Positions 10,001-18,838 of a stretch of 64,000 nt of DNA are shown here, one piece after another (the stretch's first letter is position 1; every line of letters begins with the position of its first letter). This DNA is from Candidatus Falkowbacteria bacterium (GTDB lineage Bacteria; Patescibacteriota; Patescibacteriia; UBA11705), in the NCBI GenBank assembly GCA_003518055.1, contig DOZJ01000003.1, forward strand, positions 2,046-66,045, in the 5' to 3' direction. Below the pieces are notes generated by a model. It was not told the DNA's origin, did no database searches, and saw nothing but the letters and a program-made list of their open reading frames with translations. A program made the translations under genes and the position numbers.

Positions 10001-10540
10001 ATGAGAAACTTAACTTTGGCGTTTATAATTGCGATTGTTGTTGTAGTACTTGGTTTTGGCGTTTGGTTTTATTTCTCCGATAAATCCGAACTGACAAATA
10101 TGGACAATGATTCAGATATTTCGGAAAATGTTGAAACCAAAGATAATGATTCAGCAAATGAGGCAGCAAAAACCGAACCGGATGATAGTGAGGTCACGAT
10201 CAAAAATGATGACGGTAGTTTTAATATAACAGTTGGCGTCAATGGTAGCGAAGATGGTTTTGGAGACGTAAAAGAATTTAATTTGAAAGGAGTGAATTTT
10301 GCTTTTGATGTTAAAGAAATTAAAGTGAAAAAAGGGGATACGGTCACGATCAATTTTATGAGTGAAGCCGGTTTCCATGATTTTGTCCTTGATGATTTTA
10401 AAGTAAAAACAAAACAGCTTAAAGCCGGTGAGACTGATTCAGTCGAATTTGTGGCGGATAAAACTGGGACATATGAATATTACTGTTCAGTCGGGGAGCA
10501 TAGGCAAATGGGTATGGTTGGCCGGTTGATTGTGGAATAA
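10001..10540 (+). CDS. Membrane-anchored cupredoxin (type-1 blue copper protein)
   Basis: N-terminal TM, acidic linker, then a cupredoxin fold with ligand pattern ...GFHDF... and YEYYCSVGEHRQMGMVGRLIV (Cys-His-Met). Confidence 0.65.
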   Translation: MRNLTLAFIIAIVVVVLGFGVWFYFSDKSELTNMDNDSDISENVETKDNDSANEAAKTEPDDSEVTIKNDDGSFNITVGVNGSEDGFGDVKEFNLKGVNFAFDVKEIKVKKGDTVTINFMSEAGFHDFVLDDFKVKTKQLKAGETDSVEFVADKTGTYEYYCSVGEHRQMGMVGRLIVE

Positions 10541-10559
10541 TTACAATTTACAGAAATAT

Positions 10560-10588
10560 AAAAAGAACGCGATTGGGCGTTCTTTTGA
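10560..10588. terminator. Bidirectional hairpin terminator
   Basis: aaaagaacgc-gattgg-gcgttctttt, a symmetric hairpin flanked by A and T runs, between convergent genes. Confidence 0.6.
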
Positions 10589-10590
10589 TA

Positions 10591-10839
10591 TTAACAGAGG
10601 GTCAATTCATCTCTTCGATAGACACCGGTTCCGTGATCATGAGCGACAAAATACCATTTTCGAACAAGTCCCGGAACGACAGCTGTTACTTTGCCGTTTT
10701 TGATGTTTGCGGTTCTGGTTTCCAAATAGGTTGGTTCAAAAAAATCAAACATTTTGACATCATTTACCTCTTTGGTTGAAAGCGGGCGAATTTCAGCTAC
10801 GTCGACATGATCATCTTCTCGGATTCGGATTAAGCTCAT
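10591..10839 (-). CDS. Hypothetical 82-aa protein
   Basis: aggagacaaatATG RBS at 10839. The longer 155-aa ORF called in the track has no RBS and overlaps the next gene. Confidence 0.45.
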   Translation of the reverse strand: MSLIRIREDDHVDVAEIRPLSTKEVNDVKMFDFFEPTYLETRTANIKNGKVTAVVPGLVRKWYFVAHDHGTGVYRRDELTLC

Positions 10840-10978
10840 ATTTGTCTCCTTGGGGTAGTTGTGGCTTAATTTTGGTGAATTATAATCATGGAATACAGAT
10901 TTGTCAAGTGTGAGCCCTTTACAAAACCGGAAATTTGTTCTATCATATATATCGGACCCATCAACGGAGGGGGCGAAG

Positions 10979-11665
10979 ATGGAACCATTGACCTTTGATA
11001 AAAGGCTAGAGAATGTTCGCGCCAAGAGTGATGCAATGGCTTTGTTTCCTCGAACCATGCTGGTCTTGACGATTATGACGGCGACGGCCGCTTTTGGCAG
11101 TTATGTCAGTTTTGATCTGGTTTTTAGTAGTTGGACTCAGCCGGTTGGGTTGGTTATTGGGTTGTTCGTCATCCTCGCCTGGGCTAATTATCATAGCAAA
11201 AACGATCAGTTGTTTGCTGTGGTTCCGGGCATGTTGTTTGCGTTTGTGTTGGGCTTGATGATTGGACCAGCGTTGGCTATGTACTTTGAACGGCTTGGCG
11301 CGCAGGTGATGGCGGACGCTTTTTTGATGACCATTGGGCTGACGGCAGTTTTTGGCTTCATTGGCAGTTTCGTGTCATTGCCTTATCGCAAAATCGAAGG
11401 AATTTTGATGGCTGCGCTGTTCGGTTTGATTATTGTGGCCGTGGTGACAATCTTTACGGGAATGCCGTCGCATGAATTCAACACGATTTACAGTATTGTC
11501 GGTTTGGTTATTTTCATCGGGTTTTTTATGGTTGATTTCTGGCGATTGAAGCAAATGGCCAAGCATGGAATGAACGGCTGGGGTAATGCCACGATGATGG
11601 CGCTTGATATTTTCTTGGACATGGCTAACGTGTTTCTCTTCATCTTGGCGCTGGGTGATGATTGA
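10979..11665 (+). CDS. Bax-inhibitor-1/YccA-family 7-TM membrane protein
   Basis: GGAGGGGG RBS before the ATG at 10979. Seven hydrophobic segments with BI-1-like topology. A terminator hairpin follows at 11666-11692. Confidence 0.5.
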   Translation: MEPLTFDKRLENVRAKSDAMALFPRTMLVLTIMTATAAFGSYVSFDLVFSSWTQPVGLVIGLFVILAWANYHSKNDQLFAVVPGMLFAFVLGLMIGPALAMYFERLGAQVMADAFLMTIGLTAVFGFIGSFVSLPYRKIEGILMAALFGLIIVAVVTIFTGMPSHEFNTIYSIVGLVIFIGFFMVDFWRLKQMAKHGMNGWGNATMMALDIFLDMANVFLFILALGDD

Positions 11666-11744
11666 AAGAACTTTATTAAAGTTCTTTTTTGATTAAAAAA
11701 GAACGCTTGTTTCGCGTTCTTGCCTTACTGTTAGTGGAAGGTGA

Positions 11745-12023
11745 TCACTTCGCATCAGGTTGGAATTTCCGGTACTTAAAGTATTGGCCAAACAAGATGA
11801 CGCAGAAGATAATACCAAGGCCGTCCGGAATGATCAAGAACCAGGCTTCGATCACGATTGAGTAGATGATGCGGCTGATATAGACCAAGGGTGGCAGGAT
11901 TGTCATGAAGTAACTCAGACCGGCGCGTTTGTCGTGTTTGTTTTTCCTGATTTGGCTGGGTAGGCCAATAACAATCATAATGATGGCCAAAAGCATGGTT
12001 GAAGTTCCGAAGATTTCCTGCAT
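11745..12023 (-). CDS. Small membrane protein (93 aa)
   Basis: caggaggacaccATG RBS. Two TM helices. Terminator at 11695-11725. Confidence 0.5.
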   Translation of the reverse strand: MQEIFGTSTMLLAIIMIVIGLPSQIRKNKHDKRAGLSYFMTILPPLVYISRIIYSIVIEAWFLIIPDGLGIIFCVILFGQYFKYRKFQPDAK

Positions 12024-12192
12024 GGTGTCCTCCTGATTGTGACACATAATTATATCATAATAATTAATATTTGTCAATGTTTTGTTTAGATTTAGCCTAA
12101 TATTTAATAATTATCCGAGTTGACGATAAATTTTTTCTCCAGTAAATTATATTAGCGGAGAGTAACCATAACAATTGGAAAGTGAGAGGGGG

Positions 12193-12525
12193 ATGAAAAT
12201 CGGCCAGAAGAGAATTCCCGCGTCTGGTCTTAAATTCACGATCGAAGAAGCGGGCAAAGAGCTTGCTCGAGCGACGGTGTTTATCATGACGAATGATTTG
12301 CATGAAAGACCGTTTGCTTTACTCGAAGATGTCTTTGTTGAGCCTGATCATCGCGGCCGCGGCTTAGGCAATGAATTGCTCAGGAGAATCTTGGCTCGGG
12401 TGCGTGAATTAGATTGCTATAAAATCATCGCTACCAGCCGTTTTGAACGCGGTTCGGTGCATGAATGGTACAAAAGATTGAGTTTTGTTTGTCATGGTTA
12501 TGAGTTTCGCCTCGATCTTAATTAA
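12193..12525 (+). CDS. GNAT-family N-acetyltransferase
   Basis: Motif A VFVEPDHRGRGLGNELLRRIL. RBS gagaggggg before the ATG at 12193. Confidence 0.7.
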   Translation: MKIGQKRIPASGLKFTIEEAGKELARATVFIMTNDLHERPFALLEDVFVEPDHRGRGLGNELLRRILARVRELDCYKIIATSRFERGSVHEWYKRLSFVCHGYEFRLDLN

Positions 12526-12627
12526 AAGGATTGTTTAGACTCGGAATCACGGGTCTTTTCTTGACAAAATGGGGGGGCAAATTATGATTAGAAGTCATCA
12601 GTTAACCACTCAAGAGGAGGTTGGATC

Positions 12628-13431
12628 ATGACGCGTGAAGATGCTTTGACCGTTGTGAATCAATATCAGGCTATTGATCGGCGGATTGCCAGATGGGAAT
12701 CCTTCCGGTTTCTTTCTTTGATAACTATTGTGCCTTGGGTCTTGATGACTTTTTTAGGCGCGTTTATGGCTGGCGTTTTTGAAATCGGTTTTTTCTTTCT
12801 GTTTGGATTTGTTGTGGGAATTATTCTGATTATCGTTGGAATGGAAATTCAGTCACGTGTTTTAAGAAAGCTCAAGTTCAAACTCTCATTGTTAACGGGT
12901 GAAAAATGTTTGGTTAAAATTTCGACCGAGCAGGGGAGTGAACAAGCGATTTATTTGGCGGATTATCAGACCGGAGAAATCTTGTGGTCTTTTGATCAGG
13001 CCGACATTCCATTGACAATGACCACACAGCAATCCATGGTAATCCGGGAGTCGGGCGAGGCGGTCATTGATGAAGAATTTCAAAATGAGAATGGAGATTA
13101 TAGCAAGTTCTCTGTTACGGTAGCTTATACTTTGAATGAATCAAAAGATGAGCCGTTGATCTCAAGGTTATATCCGGTTGGCAGTTCGTTTTGGAAGAAT
13201 TTGAATGAATTGTTTGTCGATAGGTTGTCCGAAATCGTTACGCCGTATTTTGAAGAATATAAAAAGCAAACAGAATTTGGCTTTCAGTTTGAATGGATGC
13301 GGAGGTTGGAAGCGGTTATCCGAGAAGTAATGAGTCGGTATGACTATGTGAGAGTGGTGGAAATTCGCTACTCGAGTGAATTGACGCAAAGGCAAGAAGT
13401 GAAGCTGTTCGGGGGATCGGTTGAATTGTAA
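12628..13431 (+). CDS. Hypothetical membrane protein (2 TM), 267 aa
   Basis: Promoter TTGACA-16-TATGAT at 12561-12588, RBS aggaggttggatcATG. Palindromic terminator at 13441-13462. Confidence 0.5.
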   Translation: MTREDALTVVNQYQAIDRRIARWESFRFLSLITIVPWVLMTFLGAFMAGVFEIGFFFLFGFVVGIILIIVGMEIQSRVLRKLKFKLSLLTGEKCLVKISTEQGSEQAIYLADYQTGEILWSFDQADIPLTMTTQQSMVIRESGEAVIDEEFQNENGDYSKFSVTVAYTLNESKDEPLISRLYPVGSSFWKNLNELFVDRLSEIVTPYFEEYKKQTEFGFQFEWMRRLEAVIREVMSRYDYVRVVEIRYSSELTQRQEVKLFGGSVEL

Positions 13432-13490
13432 ATAATAAAAGATGTCAAAGACGTCTTTTTTTGATTAAAAAAAACCATCACGTTGGATGG

Positions 13491-13697
13491 TTAGACTCCG
13501 GACTGCGGTTTTGACTGTCTGACGGCCCATTTGACGAGCGGATAGAGGAACCCAAAGATGTGGACCTTGAATTTATCTTCTTCGTGCAGGTGGTCAAAAA
13601 TCTCGGGGTGGTCCTTGATCAATTTATAGCCGCGATAGCCGAAGTACAGATTAATCACGATCAATAAAATGAGTCCAACCGTTGTTTCTGGTGTCAT
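13491..13697 (-). CDS. Small membrane protein (68 aa)
   Basis: cccggaggaaaaaATG RBS; one TM; terminator at 13468-13490. Confidence 0.45.
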   Translation of the reverse strand: MTPETTVGLILLIVINLYFGYRGYKLIKDHPEIFDHLHEEDKFKVHIFGFLYPLVKWAVRQSKPQSGV

Positions 13698-13878
13698 TTT
13701 TTCCTCCGGGCGTTGGTGGACTTGTTTTTTGACCTGATATTTCCTATAATGGGATTAATTGCAATTATACCTGAAAATATGATATCGTCAAGTTGTAAAA
13801 TCTCCCCTTTGGGGGACTAAATAGATAGCTTTAAGGTTTAAGATTGATATTTTGATTTTAATATTTATTAATTGATGT

Positions 13879-15150
13879 ATGTTGGATATAAAATTTATCA
13901 GAGAAAATTTGCCGGCGGTGATTGAAGCGGCAAAAAACAAAAATATTACAGTTGATTTTGACAAACTGCTTCATTTGGATGACCAAAGACGGGATTTAAC
14001 GCAAAAGTCTGAGGAATTTAGAATGCGGAAGAATGACGCGTCGAAAAAAATTCCCACGTTGTCCGGCGCAGACAAACAAACACTGCTTGATGAGATGAAA
14101 TCTTTGTCTGACGCACAAAACAAGATTGAAGATCAGCTAACCAAGGTTAAGCACGAATTCAATGACGTGATGCTTTTGGTGCCGATGGTGCCTAGTCAAG
14201 AAACTCCCATAGGTAAAGATGATCAAGGAAACGTGGAAATAAAAAGGTGGGGAGAACCGCGGCAGTTTGATTTTGAATTCACTGATCATATAAAATTGGG
14301 TCGTGATCTCGATATCGTCGACAATGAACGGGCAGCCAAAATCGCCGGCAGCCGGTCGTATATCATGAAGGGCGACGGCGCCAGATTGGAATACGCTCTG
14401 TTGAAGTACGCCATGGATTTTATTACAAGAAAAAATTATACCATGATGAGTGTTCCGGTCATGGTCAATCGTTTCGCGCTTGAAGGTACGGGTTTTTTCC
14501 CGGGAAATGAGGAAGAAATATATGAACTTGAGCGTGACAACAAATTTTTAGTTGGAACTTCTGAAGTGTCTCTCGGCGGCTACTATTATGATGAAATTTT
14601 GGAAGGTGAAAAATTGCCGGTAAAATTTTCCGGTATTTCGACCTGTTATCGCCGTGAGGCCGGCAGCTATGGCAAAGATACGCAGGGATTGTATCGAGTT
14701 CATCAGTTCAATAAAATCGAACAGTTTATTATTTGTCGCAATGACAATAATGAGAGTCAAAAAATGTTCGATGAACTGTTGTCTAATACGGAATTATTTT
14801 TGCAAAGTTTGGGCTTGGTTTATCGAGTTTTAAATGTCTGCACCGGCGATATGGGTAAGGGTAAATATTACATGAACGATGTTGAGTGCTGGATGCCAAG
14901 CCGCAACGGGTACGGTGAAACTCACTCTTGCTCCAATTTGCATGACTTTCAATCCAGACGGTTGAATTTACGTTACAAAGATCAGGATGGCAAAGTTCAG
15001 TTTTGTCACACGTTGAATAATACGTTGGTGGCGACGCCGCGAATTTTGATTCCAATCCTCGAAAATAATCAAAATCAGGACGGTTCAATCACGATTCCGG
15101 AGGTTTTACGGCCATATATGGATAATCAGGAGCGTATTGAGAGAAGATAA
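13879..15150 (+). CDS. serS: Serine--tRNA ligase
   Basis: N-terminal coiled-coil (MLDIKFIRENL...). Class II core with ...FRREAGSYGKDTQGLYRVHQFNKIEQF... and C-terminal ...TLNNTLVATPRILIPILENNQ... Confidence 0.85.
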   Translation: MLDIKFIRENLPAVIEAAKNKNITVDFDKLLHLDDQRRDLTQKSEEFRMRKNDASKKIPTLSGADKQTLLDEMKSLSDAQNKIEDQLTKVKHEFNDVMLLVPMVPSQETPIGKDDQGNVEIKRWGEPRQFDFEFTDHIKLGRDLDIVDNERAAKIAGSRSYIMKGDGARLEYALLKYAMDFITRKNYTMMSVPVMVNRFALEGTGFFPGNEEEIYELERDNKFLVGTSEVSLGGYYYDEILEGEKLPVKFSGISTCYRREAGSYGKDTQGLYRVHQFNKIEQFIICRNDNNESQKMFDELLSNTELFLQSLGLVYRVLNVCTGDMGKGKYYMNDVECWMPSRNGYGETHSCSNLHDFQSRRLNLRYKDQDGKVQFCHTLNNTLVATPRILIPILENNQNQDGSITIPEVLRPYMDNQERIERR

Positions 15151-15245
15151 TATACAGATTGTCACGGATATGGTGATGTTTTTGTCTGGCAGCCAACTTA
15201 TAAAAGATGCGGTTTGAATTTTAAAATTACAAAAACAAATAAATT

Positions 15246-16319
15246 ATGAAGAAACTTAAAGCAAACTTCGGCGATCGGTCGTATGAAGTTTTGTACCAAA
15301 AAGGTTTGATAAATAAAGTTGGGGCGTTGGTGAAAAGGATTAAAACTGATAATCTGGCTGTTATTGTTTCTGATTCTTTTTTAAAGAAAACCTATGGTCA
15401 AAAAATTGAGCGCAGTTTAAAGGCGGCTGGATTTAAATTTACTTGGTTTTTGGTATCGAGTGGCGGCGAAAAAAGTCTAAGTGAAGTGGAGAGATTGTAT
15501 CATCATTTTGTTAAATATAAGTCATCACGACGGTCGGCGGTGATTTCGTTGGGTGGCGGTTTGGTTCAGGATTTGTCATGTTACGCATCCGCGACATACA
15601 AACGCGGGTTGAAATTGGTGCAGATTCCAACTACGTTATTGATTCAGGCGGATACGAATTTGGGTGGCTGCGCTGTGGATTTGCCTGAAGGGAAAAGTTT
15701 AGTGGGTGCATTTTATCAACCGAGCTTGGTGATTCAAGACGTAGAATTGCTGCAAAATTTGCCGGAGGTTATTTATCAGGATGGATTGGCGGAGATTATT
15801 AAATATGCCATAAACGCTGATTTTTTTGATCAATTGGAAAAAGATTTTGATAAATTGCTCAAGAAAAATTTATCAACGGTGGAAAAATATGTTTATTTAT
15901 CCAACAAGATCAAATTAAATTTGACTGAAAGAGATGAACACGACTGCCGCGATATCCGAATTCAAATTGATTTGGGGCATACTTTTTCTCACGCGCTTGA
16001 GACAGTAACCGGCTACCGGTTATCACATGGACAGGCGTTGGCTATTGGTCTTCGTGCGGCGGTAATTATGTCTCAAAAACGCGGGTTGCTCAGCGTCTCA
16101 AAACGAGAAAGAATTGAAAAATTACTTTCTGCGACCAATCTGCCGATGTCTGTACCGAAAACAGTCAGATTTGCCAGTTTGATGTCTCATATCAAGACGG
16201 ATAAAAAATGCTATGATAACAAGTTGGTATTTGTGTTAATCAAGGATTTCGGCCGGTTGATTGTGGTTGATAATGTTACCGTTAATGAGGTTAAAAATGT
16301 CTTAAATCAGCTGAAATAA
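15246..16319 (+). CDS. 3-dehydroquinate synthase family protein (AroB-like sugar-phosphate cyclase)
   Basis: GGGLVQDLSCYASATYKRGLKLVQIPTTLLIQADTNLGGCAVDLPEGKSLVGAFYQP matches the DHQS nucleotide and metal-binding core. Confidence 0.65.
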   Translation: MKKLKANFGDRSYEVLYQKGLINKVGALVKRIKTDNLAVIVSDSFLKKTYGQKIERSLKAAGFKFTWFLVSSGGEKSLSEVERLYHHFVKYKSSRRSAVISLGGGLVQDLSCYASATYKRGLKLVQIPTTLLIQADTNLGGCAVDLPEGKSLVGAFYQPSLVIQDVELLQNLPEVIYQDGLAEIIKYAINADFFDQLEKDFDKLLKKNLSTVEKYVYLSNKIKLNLTERDEHDCRDIRIQIDLGHTFSHALETVTGYRLSHGQALAIGLRAAVIMSQKRGLLSVSKRERIEKLLSATNLPMSVPKTVRFASLMSHIKTDKKCYDNKLVFVLIKDFGRLIVVDNVTVNEVKNVLNQLK

Positions 16320-16325
16320 TCAGGC

Positions 16326-16352
16326 TTGACAGATGTCTTGTTATGTTATAAT
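16326..16352 (+). promoter_or_regulatory. Sigma70-type promoter
   Basis: TTGACA (16326-16331) ... TATAAT (16347-16352), followed by the strong RBS aagaggagga and an ATG at 16391. Confidence 0.5.
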
Positions 16353-16450
16353 ATAATTTACCCCATCACCACACAAGAGGAGGACTGAGCATGCCGGTAT
16401 TTCGTTGAGGTTTTGTCACTTTACGGGCCAATAAACAGCTGACAGAACGG

Positions 16451-16726
16451 TTGATTCGAGTGATGGTTCATTTTGGGCAGGAACTTTTATTTGATCCAAA
16501 TCGAGAATCGGGAGAGTCTGGACAGGTGGAAATTGATTTTCCTCGTGATGGCGAACTGGGTGACATTGCGGGGGTGGTCAAGACCAATGGACGCCATGTG
16601 AATTTGGGCGGGCTGTCAGGACTGCACCTGCAAGCTGAAATTGAATCAGACGAAGGTAATTTCAAGGTCAGTTATATGCTGAGTGGCCGTGAGGTATTTG
16701 GCGGCGCATCTTCGATGATTCATTGA
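16451..16726 (+). CDS. Hypothetical protein; continues in frame after a TGA at 16406-16408 that follows a 5-codon RBS-led start at 16391
   Basis: ATG 16391 (MPVFR), TGA, then the same frame stays open to 16726. Local GC ~50%. A terminator hairpin follows at 16753-16777. Confidence 0.35.
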   Translation: MIRVMVHFGQELLFDPNRESGESGQVEIDFPRDGELGDIAGVVKTNGRHVNLGGLSGLHLQAEIESDEGNFKVSYMLSGREVFGGASSMIH

Positions 16727-16819
16727 CCGGGTTGGTACAGTTAAGTATTTTTAGAGCCAAGGTTTTGGCTCTTTTATAATAAAAAAAACAGCTATATTAT
16801 AGCTGAGGCGGTGTTTGGA

Positions 16820-17224
16820 TCACCCAAATAAATTCATGATGCGAAAAATCATTGTTTCGCGTTTGCAGTTTGGCGGAAAACAGAATTGAGGAGTCTCGCG
16901 ATGTCTAAATTTAGCCCGATTCCAGCATTTCAGTGAAATAGTCACACCAAAGGATACTGAGACGGTGACATTATTAACTTGTTTTACAACGGTAAAGTCA
17001 CGTCCGGATTCATCTTCAGGTGAATTGTGGGGGTGGCGAGTGAAGTTGATAATTAACCCGTTATCAATAAGACCTTGCATCAAGTATTCGATTTCATCTT
17101 CAAGCTGTAATCCTCGAACAGCCATTCTGATTGATCGTCTTCCGTTTAATCCATTCAAATCATCTCGGCTTCGGTGTGGAAGCTGTTTTCGGCGAGCTTG
17201 CCGTTGGGGGAGGAGTTTTGGCAT
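16820..17224 (-). CDS. Hypothetical 134-aa basic protein
   Basis: aaggagggccgATG RBS at 17224. Terminator palindrome cagctatattatagctg at 16789-16805. Elevated GC. Confidence 0.45.
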   Translation of the reverse strand: MPKLLPQRQARRKQLPHRSRDDLNGLNGRRSIRMAVRGLQLEDEIEYLMQGLIDNGLIINFTRHPHNSPEDESGRDFTVVKQVNNVTVSVSFGVTISLKCWNRAKFRHRETPQFCFPPNCKRETMIFRIMNLFG

Positions 17225-17351
17225 CGGCCCTCCTTTGCGCGGTAATATTTTCAACCTGCATTTTTTATAATAAACGATAGGTTAAATGTTGTCAACCCAA
17301 TGAGAATACCATAGTTGTTGTGTAAAATTTCCAATATGTTAAAATTATTCC

Positions 17352-18494
17352 ATGTTGAATATCAAACCAAAAACTTGGCTTGAGCTGAGCCCAGAAAATG
17401 CAAAGGCTAATGTGGAAAATTTCCGTCGAAGAGTGGGGGATAGGGTTTTGATCATCGGTGTGGTCAAATCAAATGCCTATGGCCACGGAGCGCATCAAGT
17501 AGTTGAAATGATCAGGGACAAAGTTGATTATTTGGCTGTGGATTCAATCGATGAAGCCATGGAAATTAGAAATGAGGCCGGTGATAAACCGATATTGATT
17601 TTGGGTTATACTTTGTTTGATAATTTGGAAGTGGTTGTTGAAAATGGATTTGAACAGGTTGTGGCCAATCTTGAGACTTTGACTCGGTTGTCAGCCATTT
17701 CAAACCGCTTGGGGAAACAAGTAAAAATTCATTTGAAAATTGAGACCGGCACCTCAAGGCAGGGGATATTTAGAACAGAGCTAGGCTCTTATCTAAAGTT
17801 AATTCAAGACAATAATAATCTTGTACTTCGAGGCGTATCGACTCATTTTGCCAACATTGAAGATACAACCGATTCAACATTTGCCATGAAACAATTGACC
17901 GAGTTTCGGCTGGCGGTTGAATTCATCGAGTCGCAGGGTTTCTCCGGTTTTATCAAACATACAGCCAGCAGCGCCGCAGCCATTTTATTTCCGGAAACTC
18001 ATTTTGATGCGGTTCGTGTCGGTATCAGTTTGTATGGGTTGTGGTCGGCACCGCAAACAGTGGTGACTTCCGGACAAATTAACAACGGTTTTACTCTCCA
18101 GCCGGTGTTGACATGGAAAACCGTCGTGGCCCATATCAAAACCCTGCCGGCCGGAACGTATATCAGTTATGGCTGCACCGAAAAGGTGGAAAGACAAACG
18201 AAGGTCGCGGTTTTACCTATTGGTTATCGAGATGGATTTAACCGGAAATTATCTTCAATCGGTGAAGTATTGATTCACGGCAAGCGTTGTCGGGTTCTTG
18301 GCCGGGTCTGCATGAATATGATTGTGGTTAGTGTTGATCATTTGGATCATGTTACGTTGGAAGATGAGGTTGTGGTAATTGGTAAACAAGGATTAGAAAG
18401 AATTACAGCCGAAGAAATGGCAGCTAAAATCGGGACGATTAATTACGAGGTGGTAACGGGGATTAACTGGCAAATTGAGAAATTTATAGTGTGA
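17352..18494 (+). CDS. alr: Alanine racemase
   Basis: PLP-binding motif VVKSNAYGHGA near the N-terminus. Length and C-terminal beta-domain fit Alr. Confidence 0.85.
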   Translation: MLNIKPKTWLELSPENAKANVENFRRRVGDRVLIIGVVKSNAYGHGAHQVVEMIRDKVDYLAVDSIDEAMEIRNEAGDKPILILGYTLFDNLEVVVENGFEQVVANLETLTRLSAISNRLGKQVKIHLKIETGTSRQGIFRTELGSYLKLIQDNNNLVLRGVSTHFANIEDTTDSTFAMKQLTEFRLAVEFIESQGFSGFIKHTASSAAAILFPETHFDAVRVGISLYGLWSAPQTVVTSGQINNGFTLQPVLTWKTVVAHIKTLPAGTYISYGCTEKVERQTKVAVLPIGYRDGFNRKLSSIGEVLIHGKRCRVLGRVCMNMIVVSVDHLDHVTLEDEVVVIGKQGLERITAEEMAAKIGTINYEVVTGINWQIEKFIV

Positions 18495-18499
18495 TCGTG

Positions 18500-18830
18500 T
18501 TGGTGGGGTAACAATAACTACCGAAGTTTGGCGGTCGGATGTTGGTTTTTTACAAAAATTAGACAGGGGTAACTGGAATGGCGGAAGTAAAGAGTAAAGA
18601 GCGAATAATAAAAATGGCGTAACTGTAACTACGGAATTAACTGTAACTACGGAAGTTTGGCAAGTCGGTTGGGTTTTTTACAAAAGTATGGCAGCAACAA
18701 TAACTACCCACCTACGCTCTTACTGTGTAGAAAGCTACGGCGCCTGCCTGCCGGTAGGCAGGGGCGCGGCGGAAGTTTGGCGGATGGGGAGGCAAAAGTT
18801 TGGCTATAACAATGAAAGTTTGATGATTTT
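18500..18830. repeat. Intergenic repeat cluster: copies of the ~28-nt GTAACTGTAACTACGGAAGTTTGGCGG family plus a ~130-bp segment duplicated at 45370-45500
   Basis: ggggtaacaataactaccgaagtttggcgg, gcgtaactgtaactacggaattaactgtaactacggaagtttggcaag. Also ...ggcagcaacaataactacccacctacgctcttactgtgt...gcctgcctgccggtaggcaggggcgcggcggaagtttggcgg, nearly identical to 45380-45500. Confidence 0.7.
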
Positions 18831-18838
18831 TTGTATAT

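Noticed and set aside
10591-11058. 155-aa minus-strand ORF as called in the track.
   Set aside because: Its upstream 73 codons overlap the RBS and start of the BI-1-like gene and lack an RBS. An internal ATG at 10839 with aggagacaaat-ATG gives an 82-aa product that fits the intergenic spacing.
16406-16408. Selenocysteine insertion at the in-frame TGA.
   Set aside because: There is no Cys partner or redox motif near the codon (MPVFR-U-GFVTL). No selenoprotein machinery is visible in the window. No obvious SECIS-like hairpin lies immediately downstream. This cannot be excluded without more of the genome.
16965-17270. 101-aa plus-strand ORF antisense to 16820-17224.
   Set aside because: No RBS; Ser/Cys/Arg-rich low-complexity translation. 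The minus-strand ORF has an AAGGAGG-ATG and a terminator.
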